64,000 nt of DNA from a virus. Positions 46,984-57,609 of the stretch are shown here, one piece after another. Below the pieces are notes generated by a model, which saw only the letters and a list, made by a program, of their open reading frames with translations, did no database searches and had not been told where the DNA came from. The translations under genes were made by a program, and so were the position numbers. Position 1 is the stretch's first letter; each line of letters opens with the position of its first letter. The stretch covers positions 73,515 through 137,514 of IMG/VR virus record IMGVR_UViG_3300032053_000011; one strand, written 5' to 3'.

Positions 46984-48732
46984 ATGCCCCCATCACTCTT
47001 CGGCAAGAGCACGCCCGCGCCGCTTCGTCGCACCGTCCGTCCCGCGGGTCAGGTCGAGACCCCGCGCGAGACGCTGAAACGAAAGCTTGGCGGGGTCGAG
47101 GTGCCGCTAGAGATGAGCGATGACGAGGTCAGTCGTCTGCTCGCGAATGATGACGCCCGCGCCGCGTGGCTGGCCGCCCGGACCTCGGGGCCTGCGGTGG
47201 CTCGGCAGACTCTGATGCTCCGGCTCGATGTCCACGACCTCCCGCCGGAACTCAGCGATGCCGATGTGACTGCGCTGCTGGCAATGGATGGCCCGACACG
47301 CACGACGTGGTTCCGCGCCCAGCCCTTTTGCACGCCGCCCGCGGAGGGCTTCGCCTCCGAAGCGCTGCGGCAGGCGTGGGCGGACAGTCATCGCTGGTGC
47401 CCGCCTCCCGCCCTCAGCACTGTCCGGGCACCCGGCGGCGCGCCTCTCATGGAAGTGCCGGATCTGCTCTCTCCCGGTGACGCGAACCGCGTCCTCGCCA
47501 ACAGCAACGTCACCTTCTCGTGGAAGACGGTTCGCGGCGCAGCGAGTTACGAGGTGCGGGTCTGCACCGACGCCGCCATGACCCAGGGATGCCTGCCCGG
47601 TGGCGCGGCACAGATCACAGGCCTGAACACGACCTTCGCTGTTCCCGCGGGCGACTACTTCTGGAACGTGCGCGCCATCGGCGCTGACGGCACCGTGGGG
47701 CCGGTCTCCGCGACACGCCATCTGGCGTCGGCCGCGCCTGCCGCCTCACCAAGCCTCGCGGCTCCCACCCTCGCAGGGCCGACCGATGCGGCTCTCGTCG
47801 TCGCGAATGGAACCGTGGCGTTCTCCTGGAATTCCGTGGCGAATGCAACCGGCTACGAGGTCCAGGTCTGCACGGATGCCGCCATGACCCAGGGGTGTTT
47901 GCAGAGCGGCAACGGTCGGACGGCAGCGCCGGACGCGACGATGCTTCTCTTCGCGGTGCCCGCAGGCGATTACTTCTGGCGCGTGCGCGCGATCGCCGCC
48001 GACGGCACGCTCGGTCCGGCATCGGAAGTCCGCCATCTCGCGTCGGCCGCGCCGTCCGCGACGACGACGACCCCGCCCGGGCAACCCCTGCCACCGCCGA
48101 CGCTGATTGCGCCTGCGGACATGACACATGCAGATCCCGACACCCTCGTGACCTTCTCTTGGGCGCTCGTGCCCGGTGCCGCAGGCCATGAATTGGTGGT
48201 CTGTACCGATCCCGGCATGACGGTCGGTTGCCTAACCGGACAGGGACGTCTGCCTGCGCCGCAGAGCACGCTCACCGTGAGTATTCCAGCGGGAACCTAC
48301 TACTGGACTGTGCGCGGCATCGCCGAAGATGGCACCGTCGGTCACTCCGCTGGAGTGCGTCGGTTGCTCGGCGCGTCCGTGGCAGCACCGTTTCAGACGT
48401 CGGTGGAAGCCTTGACCTCGGCGCCAGCGCCGACGACGCCCGCGGCGCCACAGGTGGCGGCGAAGGCCTCGGCAGTGCCATGGATCCTCGGCGCTGCCGC
48501 GCTGGCGGGCGCTGCATGGTGGCTCTGGCCGAAGAGTGATGGCCCGGGTCCGCATTCGAACCCGTCGCATTCGTTCATCGGCAGTCGGGTGACCAAGCTT
48601 GGACGGGGCGCCGGGCGCCGCGGCACGATCCTCTCGCTCGAGGGGTCCGGCCCAATGATGAACGCGACTGTCCGCTGGGAAGACGGCTCGGTGGGGACTG
48701 CCCACGGGAAAGATCTCGGACTGGTCGGCTGA
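46984..48732 (+). CDS. Putative virion membrane protein: three FnIII/Ig-like repeats, a TM anchor and a terminal SH3-like domain
   Basis: Three copies of V.FSW..V.(G/N)A..(Y/H)E..VCTD..MT.GCL...PAG.Y.W.VR; PWILGAAALAGAAWWLW; PAGQ near the N-terminus. Confidence 0.7.
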   Translation: MPPSLFGKSTPAPLRRTVRPAGQVETPRETLKRKLGGVEVPLEMSDDEVSRLLANDDARAAWLAARTSGPAVARQTLMLRLDVHDLPPELSDADVTALLAMDGPTRTTWFRAQPFCTPPAEGFASEALRQAWADSHRWCPPPALSTVRAPGGAPLMEVPDLLSPGDANRVLANSNVTFSWKTVRGAASYEVRVCTDAAMTQGCLPGGAAQITGLNTTFAVPAGDYFWNVRAIGADGTVGPVSATRHLASAAPAASPSLAAPTLAGPTDAALVVANGTVAFSWNSVANATGYEVQVCTDAAMTQGCLQSGNGRTAAPDATMLLFAVPAGDYFWRVRAIAADGTLGPASEVRHLASAAPSATTTTPPGQPLPPPTLIAPADMTHADPDTLVTFSWALVPGAAGHELVVCTDPGMTVGCLTGQGRLPAPQSTLTVSIPAGTYYWTVRGIAEDGTVGHSAGVRRLLGASVAAPFQTSVEALTSAPAPTTPAAPQVAAKASAVPWILGAAALAGAAWWLWPKSDGPGPHSNPSHSFIGSRVTKLGRGAGRRGTILSLEGSGPMMNATVRWEDGSVGTAHGKDLGLVG

Positions 48733-48795
48733 GGCAAGAGTCGCGCAATCTGCGTGAAAGTTGACCGTTCTGCGGTGTCGCCAGACGATGGGCGC

Positions 48796-50445
48796 ATGGA
48801 ACCCTGCAAGCCCTGTGGGCGCGGTCGCCTCTTTCCTTCGACCGCGGGGACCTCGCCAGCGGGCATCTTGGCTCCGGGACTTGGAAACAGGGCCGGTATC
48901 GTATTCCCTGGTCAGAAGAGACTCGGACCACAGCCGTCGGGACAGATCGTCAGCCGCCGTGAGCAACTGCGGGCCAGCCTGAACGTCACCGATCTGCCCG
49001 AGCAGAACAAGGACAACGGCCGAGGCGTCGTCTTCAACGATGCCCATGTGCAATGGCTGCTCGTGATGCCGCTCGATCAGCGACGCGCGCAGTTTCTCCA
49101 CGACTGGTGCACCCTGCCCGACGCAGGGTTCATCAACGAGGCCGCCCGAGCAGCCTGGGCGCGAAGCCATGTCTGGTGTGAAGCCCCGGCGAGCGACACC
49201 GTGCGCGATGTCTCGCGCGCTGCCCTCAAGCTGATGCTCGGATTCGGCAATCAGAAGCTTCCGTCGGAGCTGTCGGATGCCATGGCGCGCGAGCTGATCG
49301 TGATGGGCCGTGATGCAGCAGCCCTGGAATTCCAGCGTCGATTCTGTGTGACGCCCCCGGGCGGATTCGCGACCGATGCGGACATGGCCGCCTGGATGAC
49401 GGACCATGATTGGTGCACCGTTCCCGCGATCCGGGACGCGCGGCCCGGCGCACCCACGCCGTTGAGCGAAGCCGATCAGTACCTGCATACGATGGGGATG
49501 GGGTGTCCGGCCTGGGCGCGAATCACCGACGCAGCCGCTCGGACGCTTCGGCTCCGTTCGTCGAATCCCGATCTCTCTCCCGAGGAAGCCGACCGTCGGC
49601 GCCGGGTCATCGATGCGCAGTGCGGCATCGTCTCCACGCGAGCGGCGTTCGTGGGCGCGACAACGCTTCTGCCCTCGAGCACGAGCACTTTCACTCTGGT
49701 CGGTGGTGGTGGTGCCAAAGGGGGAACTCCAGCAGCTTCGCCGCCACGGACCGGGCCGTTGCCAGCCCCGGTCTTGGGCAACCCGCTTGCGGGCGTCCCT
49801 GTGGTGGCGGATGCCGACGTGTCCTTCAACTGGGCAGCGGTGGATGGAGCGCAGAACTACGAGTTCCGTCTGTGTCTCGATGCCGATCTCCAGCTCGGGT
49901 GCATCACGGGAACAGGTGGCGGCATGATGCTCACTGGCCTCTCGCTCACAATGCGAGTGCCAGCCGGTTCCTACTTCTGGTCCGTGCGCGCTACGGGCAG
50001 CGACGGAACGCCTGGAATTCTTGCCGAAGCGCGTGCTCTTCGGTCTGTGCAGGCCACGACCCAAGTACCGATTCCGGTGCAAACACCGGCGACGCTCCTG
50101 GCGAGCCTCGGCCTGACATGCGACGAGTGGAGCGCACTCACCGCCGATGACCAGGGCACTCGGCTCGCTCTTCTCATTCCGCCATCACGTTCTGGCGATC
50201 CATCAGAAGCCCCGAGAGCGAACCCGATCCCGGCGCAGATCGCCGCCATCAACGTCTACTGCCAGAACCAGTCCATGCTCGATGGCAGAGGCACAAATCA
50301 AGACGCTATACTCCGCCAGACGATGGCACCGCCTGCCGTCGTGCGCAGTAGCCCACTGGTCCCCGTGCTTCTCGTTGCAGGCGCGGTGGGCGTCGTCGGC
50401 CTCGGCTGGTGGATGTTGCGCGATCCGACCCCGGCGCATCGGTAG
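48796..50445 (+). CDS. Putative virion membrane protein (mosaic of Cys-paired modules, one FnIII-like repeat, C-terminal TM)
   Basis: Shares modules with the 46984, 51792 and 58212 ORFs; PSGQ at 48934-48945. Confidence 0.7.
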   Translation: MEPCKPCGRGRLFPSTAGTSPAGILAPGLGNRAGIVFPGQKRLGPQPSGQIVSRREQLRASLNVTDLPEQNKDNGRGVVFNDAHVQWLLVMPLDQRRAQFLHDWCTLPDAGFINEAARAAWARSHVWCEAPASDTVRDVSRAALKLMLGFGNQKLPSELSDAMARELIVMGRDAAALEFQRRFCVTPPGGFATDADMAAWMTDHDWCTVPAIRDARPGAPTPLSEADQYLHTMGMGCPAWARITDAAARTLRLRSSNPDLSPEEADRRRRVIDAQCGIVSTRAAFVGATTLLPSSTSTFTLVGGGGAKGGTPAASPPRTGPLPAPVLGNPLAGVPVVADADVSFNWAAVDGAQNYEFRLCLDADLQLGCITGTGGGMMLTGLSLTMRVPAGSYFWSVRATGSDGTPGILAEARALRSVQATTQVPIPVQTPATLLASLGLTCDEWSALTADDQGTRLALLIPPSRSGDPSEAPRANPIPAQIAAINVYCQNQSMLDGRGTNQDAILRQTMAPPAVVRSSPLVPVLLVAGAVGVVGLGWWMLRDPTPAHR

Positions 50446-50450
50446 GTCCG

Positions 50451-51038
50451 ATGATCCGGTGGCAGACTCCTGCGGAACTCCAGGACGCATACGACGTACT
50501 GCCGCGGCTTTCGCCGGACATCGCGACGCGTCTACTCGACCCGTACTCGAAGCCCTATCGGATCCCGGACACCACCCAGGCGGATGATCGCCTGCGCATG
50601 CAGGACATTCTCGTCCACATCACGATGCAGCAGCCCATCATTCAGGGGCTGGCAGCCACCATCGGGGAGGGGTTGAACACCGAGACTGAGCGCGCGATGG
50701 CAGTGCTCAACTACGTGCAGCATCTCGGCTACATCCCGGATCCGCCGGGCGAGTGGTACCAGAGCGGTCTCTACACGATCGCCAGTCGTGGGAGGGCAGG
50801 CAACTGCAACGATCTTGGCGTCGTGGCGGTGGCTCTGCTGCGCTTGCTGGGCATCGAGGCTTGGGTCTGGTGGATCTTCCAGAAAGGGGCCGCCCTCAAT
50901 CACATGACCGTGCGTGCCAGCGTCGACGGTCGGATGCGATGGGTGGAAACCACAATCGTCGACGCACGGCTCGGCGAGAACCCCTATCGCGCCGCGGAAC
51001 GAACAGGTCAGCAAGCGAACGTGGGCATCACCGCATAG
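50451..51038 (+). CDS. Transglutaminase-like cysteine enzyme (candidate maturation protease)
   Basis: YIPDP.GEWYQ...GNCNDL...ALL...GI...NHM...WVETT: Cys-His-Glu arrangement of the transglutaminase-like fold. Confidence 0.75.
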   Translation: MIRWQTPAELQDAYDVLPRLSPDIATRLLDPYSKPYRIPDTTQADDRLRMQDILVHITMQQPIIQGLAATIGEGLNTETERAMAVLNYVQHLGYIPDPPGEWYQSGLYTIASRGRAGNCNDLGVVAVALLRLLGIEAWVWWIFQKGAALNHMTVRASVDGRMRWVETTIVDARLGENPYRAAERTGQQANVGITA

Positions 51039-51051
51039 CTGCGCCAGTGCG

Positions 51052-51070
51052 CCTGCACGAAAATAGACAG
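51052..51070 (+). promoter_or_regulatory. Conserved 19-mer CCTGCACGAAAATAGACAG (candidate late promoter element)
   Basis: Identical intergenic copies at 62674-62692 and 63905-63923. Confidence 0.65.
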
Positions 51071-51125
51071 CGAAGAGTTCTCGGCCGAGAGTTGACATCC
51101 AGACTCCAACCACGAGGACGATCGC

Positions 51126-51338
51126 ATGTACGCAACGACGACTGCACCCGCTGGCTACTCGAGCCGCATCGGTTCCAGCTCCATGGTCCAGGCCTCGGGA
51201 CAGGCCGTCACCGCGACGCCTGCCGTCGATCTGACGCCCCACCAGATGCAGGTGCGATCCGACCTCGTGTCGTACTTCGCGCTCGGCGGCGCCATCCTCG
51301 GCCTCGCCATCGGCATCATGAACCGCCACCAGGGCTAG
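51126..51338 (+). CDS. Small membrane peptide, copy 1 of 3
   Basis: ASGQ...LTPHQMQVRSDLVSYFALGGAILGLAIGIMNR; GAGG RBS. Confidence 0.8.
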   Translation: MYATTTAPAGYSSRIGSSSMVQASGQAVTATPAVDLTPHQMQVRSDLVSYFALGGAILGLAIGIMNRHQG

Positions 51339-51419
51339 TTCATCGCGCTCGCCTATCGAGCGCCTCGCACGCCTTCTGTTTCCCACAGGCTCTCAAACGA
51401 TCGATTGACGGAGACGAAA

Positions 51420-51701
51420 ATGCCCGACGCGACCACGACTGACACGACCACGACCGAACCCCTCAACCTCCGCGGCTCCGAGTACGCGGCGCTCGCCGTC
51501 GGCACCGTTGTCGCTGGCGCGTTCGGCGCCGTCCTCGGCCATGCCATCGGCGACGCCATCAAGAGCATGAAGGACCGCAAGGCCCTCGGTGCCGGGGCGC
51601 ACGACAACCCCTACGAGAATCCGCGCTACCACTACACCCGTGGTGGCCAGGGTCACTACGGCTACCGTCCGGCGGGCGATCGTCCCGGCGGCCGTCGCTA
51701 G
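51420..51701 (+). CDS. Small membrane protein with an NP-containing basic tail
   Basis: Gly-zipper TM; HDNPYENP; GGAG RBS. Confidence 0.7.
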   Translation: MPDATTTDTTTTEPLNLRGSEYAALAVGTVVAGAFGAVLGHAIGDAIKSMKDRKALGAGAHDNPYENPRYHYTRGGQGHYGYRPAGDRPGGRR

Positions 51702-51791
51702 TCGTTCCGTCCCGTCGGTCCGTTCCAACGAGGATGCCTTTCGCGTGACGTGCCCGTCCGTTGAGTAGGCACGTCCACGCGGAGGCATCTC

Positions 51792-53864
51792 ATGGCAGCG
51801 GTCTGGCAGCTCATTCACATCCGCGCACGCGTTGACGGTGACCGTGCCACCGTGGACCCGAACGGATCCTGGGATATCCTGCATTGGGCGGATGTCGAGC
51901 TCGCGCGTGCATGGATCCGGCAGGCCTCTGCCGCGATCGATCCGCAGCGAGTCCGCGATGCAGACGCTGGTGGTCATGCCGCACAGGTTGCGCTGCTCGT
52001 AGCCGTCACCTTCGCGATCGCCAACGCCTACAACGCCATGAACATCCTGTGGGAGAACGACCCGCTCGCACGCATGCGATACCGGGCGTCCCTCTCCGGG
52101 CCCCCCGCGAGTAGCAGCAGCGAATACTCCGCCTACGACAACTATGGCGGCGGGCATTGGTACCGGGCCAACGAGAGCTTCCCGACAGCCGGTGGCATTC
52201 GTTTGTTGGATGGCGAGCAGGTGCACGCCGAGGACTTCACCGGCAGCATTCCAATGCTGGCGCGTCAGATCTTCCTCCAGGACTACCCTCTCGGACGCCG
52301 TGTGGCGGAGATGCATCCCAGCGAGTTCCGGCAATCAGTCGGTGTCTACGTGGACTCGCAGGGCCGCCTGGACGCCCAGGGACGGCCCGCAGACGTATTC
52401 GAAGACGTCCGTACCTCGAGGAATCGGATCAACCGGCCCTTCGTGATGGGCGATCTGCCGCAAGAGATTCTCCCCGGAACTGATCCGAGCACTGGACGCG
52501 GGAGCAACGCCCCTCTGTCCCCCGAGAATTGGTGCCGTACCAATCGAGACTTCGAATGTCCGAGGTGGATCAGCCCGGCTGCATTCATGGGATTCGTCAC
52601 CGGTGTCGTCACGAGCGGCGGAGGTGTCCTTTGTGGACCCGCGCCGCCAAGGCGCGCCGATGAAACGGCAGTCGACACGGCCTGGGGCGCCATCCAGCGA
52701 TCTGTCACGATGCACGCGAATTGCGCGAACCTCGACTGGCATTACGGAATGTTCGTGGAGGCGCTCCGCATCACCACGCATCTGGCACTCGTCATCACCG
52801 ACGACCTCAATCCGTTCGTTCCATTGCCGGTCTGGGCGCCGCTGCGCGCCTATCTGCCGTGGCTCCAGGCATGGATCGGAGATCTCGAGAGTCGGTCGCC
52901 TGAACAGATCATCGTGGACAGCCGCAAGTTCGTGATTCAGCAGAATCTGCATTGGATCCAGAACGCAGGCGGTCCCGATGCATTCTATCGACAGCTCCTC
53001 GCCGGGCAGGAGAATCGCGCGGCAGACCAGGGTGCCGCCGATCCGAATGTGCAGATGGCCGCTGCGGCCGTCGGTGCCATTGGCGCCGCTCTCGCAGGAG
53101 CGACGTACGGCATCTCCGCTGTTGCGGGCGCCGTGATCGGTGCGGGTCTCACGATCTGGGACGCGTCACGGACGCATGACGTCGCGCCCGATGGCAACTT
53201 CAAGGACGACCTCGGTCGGTACAAACCATCGTTCGCGCTCGGCTGGCTTGGCGGACTCGGACCAGGATTTCCCGGCGAGGAAGGTCACCCTGATAACGCT
53301 CGCCTTCCGATCCCTGACCCGCCAGGATTCCAACGCGGCGGTCGGCCTACCGTGCAGGGTCCGAATGCCGGGCAGACCTACCTGAGCGACCTTGGAATGG
53401 GCTGCGATGCCTGGGCGCGAATCAGCGATCCGGCCGCGCGAACGATCCGACTCCGGTCGGCCTCGGTGAACCGTGGCATCGATCCGGCGGAAGGCGATCG
53501 CCGCCGAGTCCTCGTCGATGCGTATTGCGCCAGTCAGGGCGCCCAAGTCAGAGGAGCCGTGAATCCGCCGGTCCTGAACATAATGGCTGTCCTGACGTCG
53601 ACGACCCCTGGCAAGGGCGTCACGGAGACCGCGACGCAGACATTGACCTCGACGCCAGCAGCGCCCCCATCGACAACGACGCCAGCGACATCAACGACGC
53701 CTGCGTTGGAGATCCTGCCAGCGCACAACGAGGTCGTGCAACTGACCGAGATCGTGCCCGCACCGCGCAAGGTATGGCCGTGGGTCGTCGGTGGTGTCGT
53801 GGTCCTTGGTGCAGGCGCAGGCGGCTACTGGTGGCTGCATCGCGACAAGCGACCGCACCAGTGA
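51792..53864 (+). CDS. Large putative virion protein with a Gly/Ala hydrophobic hairpin and C-terminal TM
   Basis: AAAAVGAIGAALAGATYGISAVAGAVIGAGLTIW; MGC.AWARI module; WPWVVGG...YWWLHRDKR; GGAGG RBS. Confidence 0.75.
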   Translation: MAAVWQLIHIRARVDGDRATVDPNGSWDILHWADVELARAWIRQASAAIDPQRVRDADAGGHAAQVALLVAVTFAIANAYNAMNILWENDPLARMRYRASLSGPPASSSSEYSAYDNYGGGHWYRANESFPTAGGIRLLDGEQVHAEDFTGSIPMLARQIFLQDYPLGRRVAEMHPSEFRQSVGVYVDSQGRLDAQGRPADVFEDVRTSRNRINRPFVMGDLPQEILPGTDPSTGRGSNAPLSPENWCRTNRDFECPRWISPAAFMGFVTGVVTSGGGVLCGPAPPRRADETAVDTAWGAIQRSVTMHANCANLDWHYGMFVEALRITTHLALVITDDLNPFVPLPVWAPLRAYLPWLQAWIGDLESRSPEQIIVDSRKFVIQQNLHWIQNAGGPDAFYRQLLAGQENRAADQGAADPNVQMAAAAVGAIGAALAGATYGISAVAGAVIGAGLTIWDASRTHDVAPDGNFKDDLGRYKPSFALGWLGGLGPGFPGEEGHPDNARLPIPDPPGFQRGGRPTVQGPNAGQTYLSDLGMGCDAWARISDPAARTIRLRSASVNRGIDPAEGDRRRVLVDAYCASQGAQVRGAVNPPVLNIMAVLTSTTPGKGVTETATQTLTSTPAAPPSTTTPATSTTPALEILPAHNEVVQLTEIVPAPRKVWPWVVGGVVVLGAGAGGYWWLHRDKRPHQ

Positions 53865-53895
53865 GATAGTGCCTTTTGAGGAGATCAGAGCCCAT

Positions 53896-55398
53896 ATGGT
53901 CAACATGAACTTCGACGCGTATTCCTCGGCCAACATGTGTGGTGCCTGCGGCACGCGTGGGGCATGCAGCGGAGGACGTTGCCCAGGCCCGGAAGCATCT
54001 GGAATTCTTGCGTCGGGAGGCATCAACTGCTGCCCCGGATGCGCCAGCGCGATTGGCTGTGAGGGCGGCGATTGCCCGGGACCCAGCGCATGCTTGCGAG
54101 TGCGCTTCGGGATGCGCGGCAACACGCATGGGAATGTCGGCTGCACCCTTTCGTTGGCAAAGCGCGAGTATTCGCGGGCCAACAACACCTTGCAGGAGCT
54201 GCCTCGCACGCCCGGCCGCGGACGTCTGTTCCCCACGCCGGAGACCAAGCAGTCGCAGCCGCGGCTGCCCGGTCCGCCGGAGGGGAACTTTCCCCTCATT
54301 CCGCCGCCGCCCCCGCCGACGACCGAGCAGCGCTACCCGAATCAGCCGGAGCAGCCGCGTCCGCAGATCATGCAGCCGCGTTCCCCGGCGCCTCCGAAGC
54401 CGCTGGCATTCCAGCCTCTTCCGAGCCAGCCCGGCGCGCCGCAGGGGTCTGTCGCGCAGGCGATGATTCCTCAGCAGCCCGCCGGTCCGGTCGCTCAGGT
54501 CGCGTACGCCGCGCCGCCACCGCCCGCCCCAGTGGACGCCGTGTCGCAGCCCGTCAAGGCGATGCCGTATGCGGAGCCACCGACGCCGGTCACGCCGATG
54601 GCGACCAAGACCTCCGCCCCACTGCCGAGCAAAGGCAGCAGCCCGCTCGGACCGATCACTCACGCCGCAGGAGCTGTCAACATGTATGGAATTCCAGCGG
54701 GCTACGGCCCGAGGCCGTCGGGACAGACGGCGACCGTTCGCGTCACCGTTCCCGCTCCGCCCCGGCCGCCGCCCCCGCCACCTCGGCCGCTGACCGCTGT
54801 CGAAGCGCAAGCCGCCGCGGTCGCAGGTGCCCAGGCAACGGCGACGCGGAACGCGCAGATCGATGCCGATCGACAAGTGGCGCTCGAACGCCAGCACACC
54901 ATCACGAGCATCGCCACCACGGCAGGCGAAGCTCTCGGCACGACGGCCGGTACGATCACGGCGATCGTCGCATCGAGCAATGCGACGGCGCTCGAGCGCC
55001 TCCGCATTCAATCAGCGGAGCGCCTGGAGGCGATGCGACTCGACAATGCCCGGGCAGCGGCGGCGGCGGGTGGAACGATCACCCCTGCGGCCCAGGCTCA
55101 GATGGACGCCGTCGCGACTCTCCAGGCATCTCTGGCGGCGCGATTGGCGGAACTCGCTGCTGCGCCTCCGGCGCCCACCGTCACGCTCACGCAAGGCCTG
55201 ACCGCCGCACCGACCGCCGAAGAGGCTGCCGCTGCCAGGAACAAGACCATGCTCTACGTCGGTCTCGGCGTGGTTGGCGTGGCGGCAGTCGGCGGCGTCG
55301 CCTATCTCGCGCTGCGCAAGAAGGATGAGCCGAAGCACAATCCATCGCTGCCGAGCTACCCGCCCGGCGCATACGCGTCCCAGTACGGGGTCCGCTAG
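53896..55398 (+). CDS. Putative virion membrane protein (Cys-rich leader, Pro/Gln-rich linker, helical module, TM)
   Basis: PSGQ at 54715-54726; TM followed by RKK..HNP. Start is 53896 or 53905. Confidence 0.7.
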   Translation: MVNMNFDAYSSANMCGACGTRGACSGGRCPGPEASGILASGGINCCPGCASAIGCEGGDCPGPSACLRVRFGMRGNTHGNVGCTLSLAKREYSRANNTLQELPRTPGRGRLFPTPETKQSQPRLPGPPEGNFPLIPPPPPPTTEQRYPNQPEQPRPQIMQPRSPAPPKPLAFQPLPSQPGAPQGSVAQAMIPQQPAGPVAQVAYAAPPPPAPVDAVSQPVKAMPYAEPPTPVTPMATKTSAPLPSKGSSPLGPITHAAGAVNMYGIPAGYGPRPSGQTATVRVTVPAPPRPPPPPPRPLTAVEAQAAAVAGAQATATRNAQIDADRQVALERQHTITSIATTAGEALGTTAGTITAIVASSNATALERLRIQSAERLEAMRLDNARAAAAAGGTITPAAQAQMDAVATLQASLAARLAELAAAPPAPTVTLTQGLTAAPTAEEAAAARNKTMLYVGLGVVGVAAVGGVAYLALRKKDEPKHNPSLPSYPPGAYASQYGVR

Positions 55399-55406
55399 AG
55401 CGCCAC

Positions 55407-55958
55407 ATGCCTACGACTGCTGCCGAAGTGACCGCTGCGAGGGAGCGAACCAATACCGCGATCGCAACGGCGGCAGCGGACGCTCTTACTGTCAGCGCAA
55501 ACACGATCGCGGCAGTCATTCAGTCCAACAATTCCCTGGCGATCGGCCGCCTGAACATCCAGGCGGCCGAGGCGCTGCGCCATCTGATGGACGAATCCGC
55601 GCAGGCGACCACGGCGGAAGATGCGCTCGCCATACAGCGAGAAAACCAGCAGCAGATCCAGGCGTTGACCGATCTGATCAATCGGCTTCAAGCGGCCCAT
55701 TCAGAAACGACAGCAGAGCCGATCGTGGCTGCGCCGCCGACAACGACGACCACTACGACGGCAACGCCAGCGTCACCCGCAGTCACGCCCGCAGCCGAGA
55801 AGAGCCACGCCCTGCTTTATGTAGGGCTGGGCATCGCCGGGCTCACGCTGGCGGGCGGCATCGCCTACTTCGCCATGCGGGCCAAACCAGTGGCTCGCAC
55901 GCACCGGAACCCTTGGGATTCCAGCTCAGATGCGCTTGGAGGCGCTGACTCGCAATGA
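55407..55958 (+). CDS. Putative virion membrane protein, paralog of the C-terminal part of 53896..55398
   Basis: TAIATAAADAL...RLNIQAAE matches TSIATTAGEAL...RLRIQSAE; LLYVGLG TM; RNP. Confidence 0.75.
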   Translation: MPTTAAEVTAARERTNTAIATAAADALTVSANTIAAVIQSNNSLAIGRLNIQAAEALRHLMDESAQATTAEDALAIQRENQQQIQALTDLINRLQAAHSETTAEPIVAAPPTTTTTTTATPASPAVTPAAEKSHALLYVGLGIAGLTLAGGIAYFAMRAKPVARTHRNPWDSSSDALGGADSQ

Positions 55959-57184
55959 CGTACCCACAAGCTCCAAACTTCCGTACCAGCACCTTCGGCG
56001 ACGCGTGGTGGCGAGTGGCGCGCAACGGCGTCGCTCAGCTCATCGAAACGGACGGATTGGCGACGACGGTCCAGATCCAGATGATGCTGTTCAATGGCGT
56101 CCCGTCTGGTACTCGAACCTTCGATGGCGTCACGCCTCATCAAGTGCGGATCGATGGCGTCCTCGGACCGGATTCGCTGCGCGCGCTCTGGGCGTACGGC
56201 AAGACGGTCATGGCGGTACCGGCGACGGCTTTCGCACAGATCCAGGCCGACGCCGCAGCGCGGAGAATCACCGCCGAAACGTATCGGATCGCCCTCTGGC
56301 TCGCATACAACCAGCCGAGAAATGTCGATCTGACCGAGGGGCCGACCAATGCCCGTCGCCGTGTGCGTCGGACTGATCCAGCGATTTTGTGGATCCAGAC
56401 GCTGGGCGGCGTCTCGCTCGCTCCGGGTGCGCAACTGCCGCAGTGGCTCGAGCGTCCGGCGATTCCGGTGAACACCAATCAATCGCCAGCGCCCCCGCAG
56501 GTCACAGCGCTCTCTTCGGATGGCACCCGGACCACGGACGTGATGCAGGTCCCCGATGAGCCGACCGCGCCGCCGCCCGCGCAGCCCGCTCAAGCACCGG
56601 CGCTCGTGCCGGAAACGGCGACACCGGTGGGCACGACACCGACGCCTGCACCGGCGACAACGCCGGATACGAATGCGACGCCCGACGACACCAGTGCCAC
56701 ACCAGCAACGCCTCCCGCAGCCGCGAGCTCGACGAACTACGTCCCCTGGATTCTGGGTGGCCTCGCAGTCGCGGCAGCGGTGGGCATCGGGATCGCGGTC
56801 ACGCGCAAGAAAGACGCGCATCCCGCGCTCGGGCCGAGTGGACCGAGTGGACGTCCGGCGCCCGCTGGCATGCCGCCGCACGCAGCACCGCCCCTGCATG
56901 CGAATCCATCCGACGCTCGAGGGTCGACGACCGGCGGTATTCACCAGCAGCACGACGTGCCTCGATGGGTGCTCGAACATGGCATCAGCGATGCCACGCG
57001 GCGCGATCGCATCAATCAGGCGCTCGCGCTCGCCATGAAGATGAACAACCGGAAGGGCGATGCAATCGTCGGCACGATCTGGGAAGGGCTTCTGACCCCT
57101 CCAACCTCGCCAGAATTGCTTCATGATTTTCTCCGCTCGCCGCTCTGGCACAAGTTCGCGAGCCGCGCCGCCACACGGCTGTAG
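55955..57184 (+). CDS. Membrane-anchored protein with a peptidoglycan-binding-like motif (paralog 1)
   Basis: MTYPQAPNFR...AWW; IDGVLGPDSLRALW; Pro/Thr linker; TM followed by RKK. Confidence 0.7.
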   Translation: MTYPQAPNFRTSTFGDAWWRVARNGVAQLIETDGLATTVQIQMMLFNGVPSGTRTFDGVTPHQVRIDGVLGPDSLRALWAYGKTVMAVPATAFAQIQADAAARRITAETYRIALWLAYNQPRNVDLTEGPTNARRRVRRTDPAILWIQTLGGVSLAPGAQLPQWLERPAIPVNTNQSPAPPQVTALSSDGTRTTDVMQVPDEPTAPPPAQPAQAPALVPETATPVGTTPTPAPATTPDTNATPDDTSATPATPPAAASSTNYVPWILGGLAVAAAVGIGIAVTRKKDAHPALGPSGPSGRPAPAGMPPHAAPPLHANPSDARGSTTGGIHQQHDVPRWVLEHGISDATRRDRINQALALAMKMNNRKGDAIVGTIWEGLLTPPTSPELLHDFLRSPLWHKFASRAATRL

Positions 57185-57243
57185 CGCGCGGCGCGGACTG
57201 CGCGAAAGATGACGGCGCTCTAAGCATCTGAGAGCCTTCATCG

Positions 57244-57609
57244 ATGGCATGCAGGTTCCCGACCCCGAGCGGCAACGTCCAGGCTAGCCCGCGCGGACTC
57301 AATCAGTTCGATGTGGAGTTCGTGTCGCGGCTGCTTGCGGGCACCGACGGCCGCGCCTTCACAAGGCCTGACTGGAATCGCGCGGAACAAGCCGCGCACG
57401 CGACTGCGATCGAAGCCGCCCGGCACAAGGCTGCGAACGCGCAGCGCGAAACTGCGCGAACTCCCAATCCGCGTCCCTCTGGTCAGGTCGCTCCCGCGGA
57501 CACGCTCACGCCGCACCAGATGCTGGTCCGGTCCGATCTCATCTCGTATTTCGCCCTCGGCGGCGCTGTTCTCGGCCTCGCCATCGGCGTCGCGAACTGC
57601 CACCGGTAG
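57244..57609 (+). CDS. Small membrane peptide, copy 2 of 3, with a long leader
   Basis: PSGQ...LTPHQMLVRSDLISYFALGGAVLGLAIGVAN. Confidence 0.75.
   Translation: MACRFPTPSGNVQASPRGLNQFDVEFVSRLLAGTDGRAFTRPDWNRAEQAAHATAIEAARHKAANAQRETARTPNPRPSGQVAPADTLTPHQMLVRSDLISYFALGGAVLGLAIGVANCHR

Noticed and set aside
46984-50445. Tail fibres of a tailed phage
   Set aside because: FnIII-like repeats occur in tails, but these proteins have TM anchors and no tail assembly genes accompany them.
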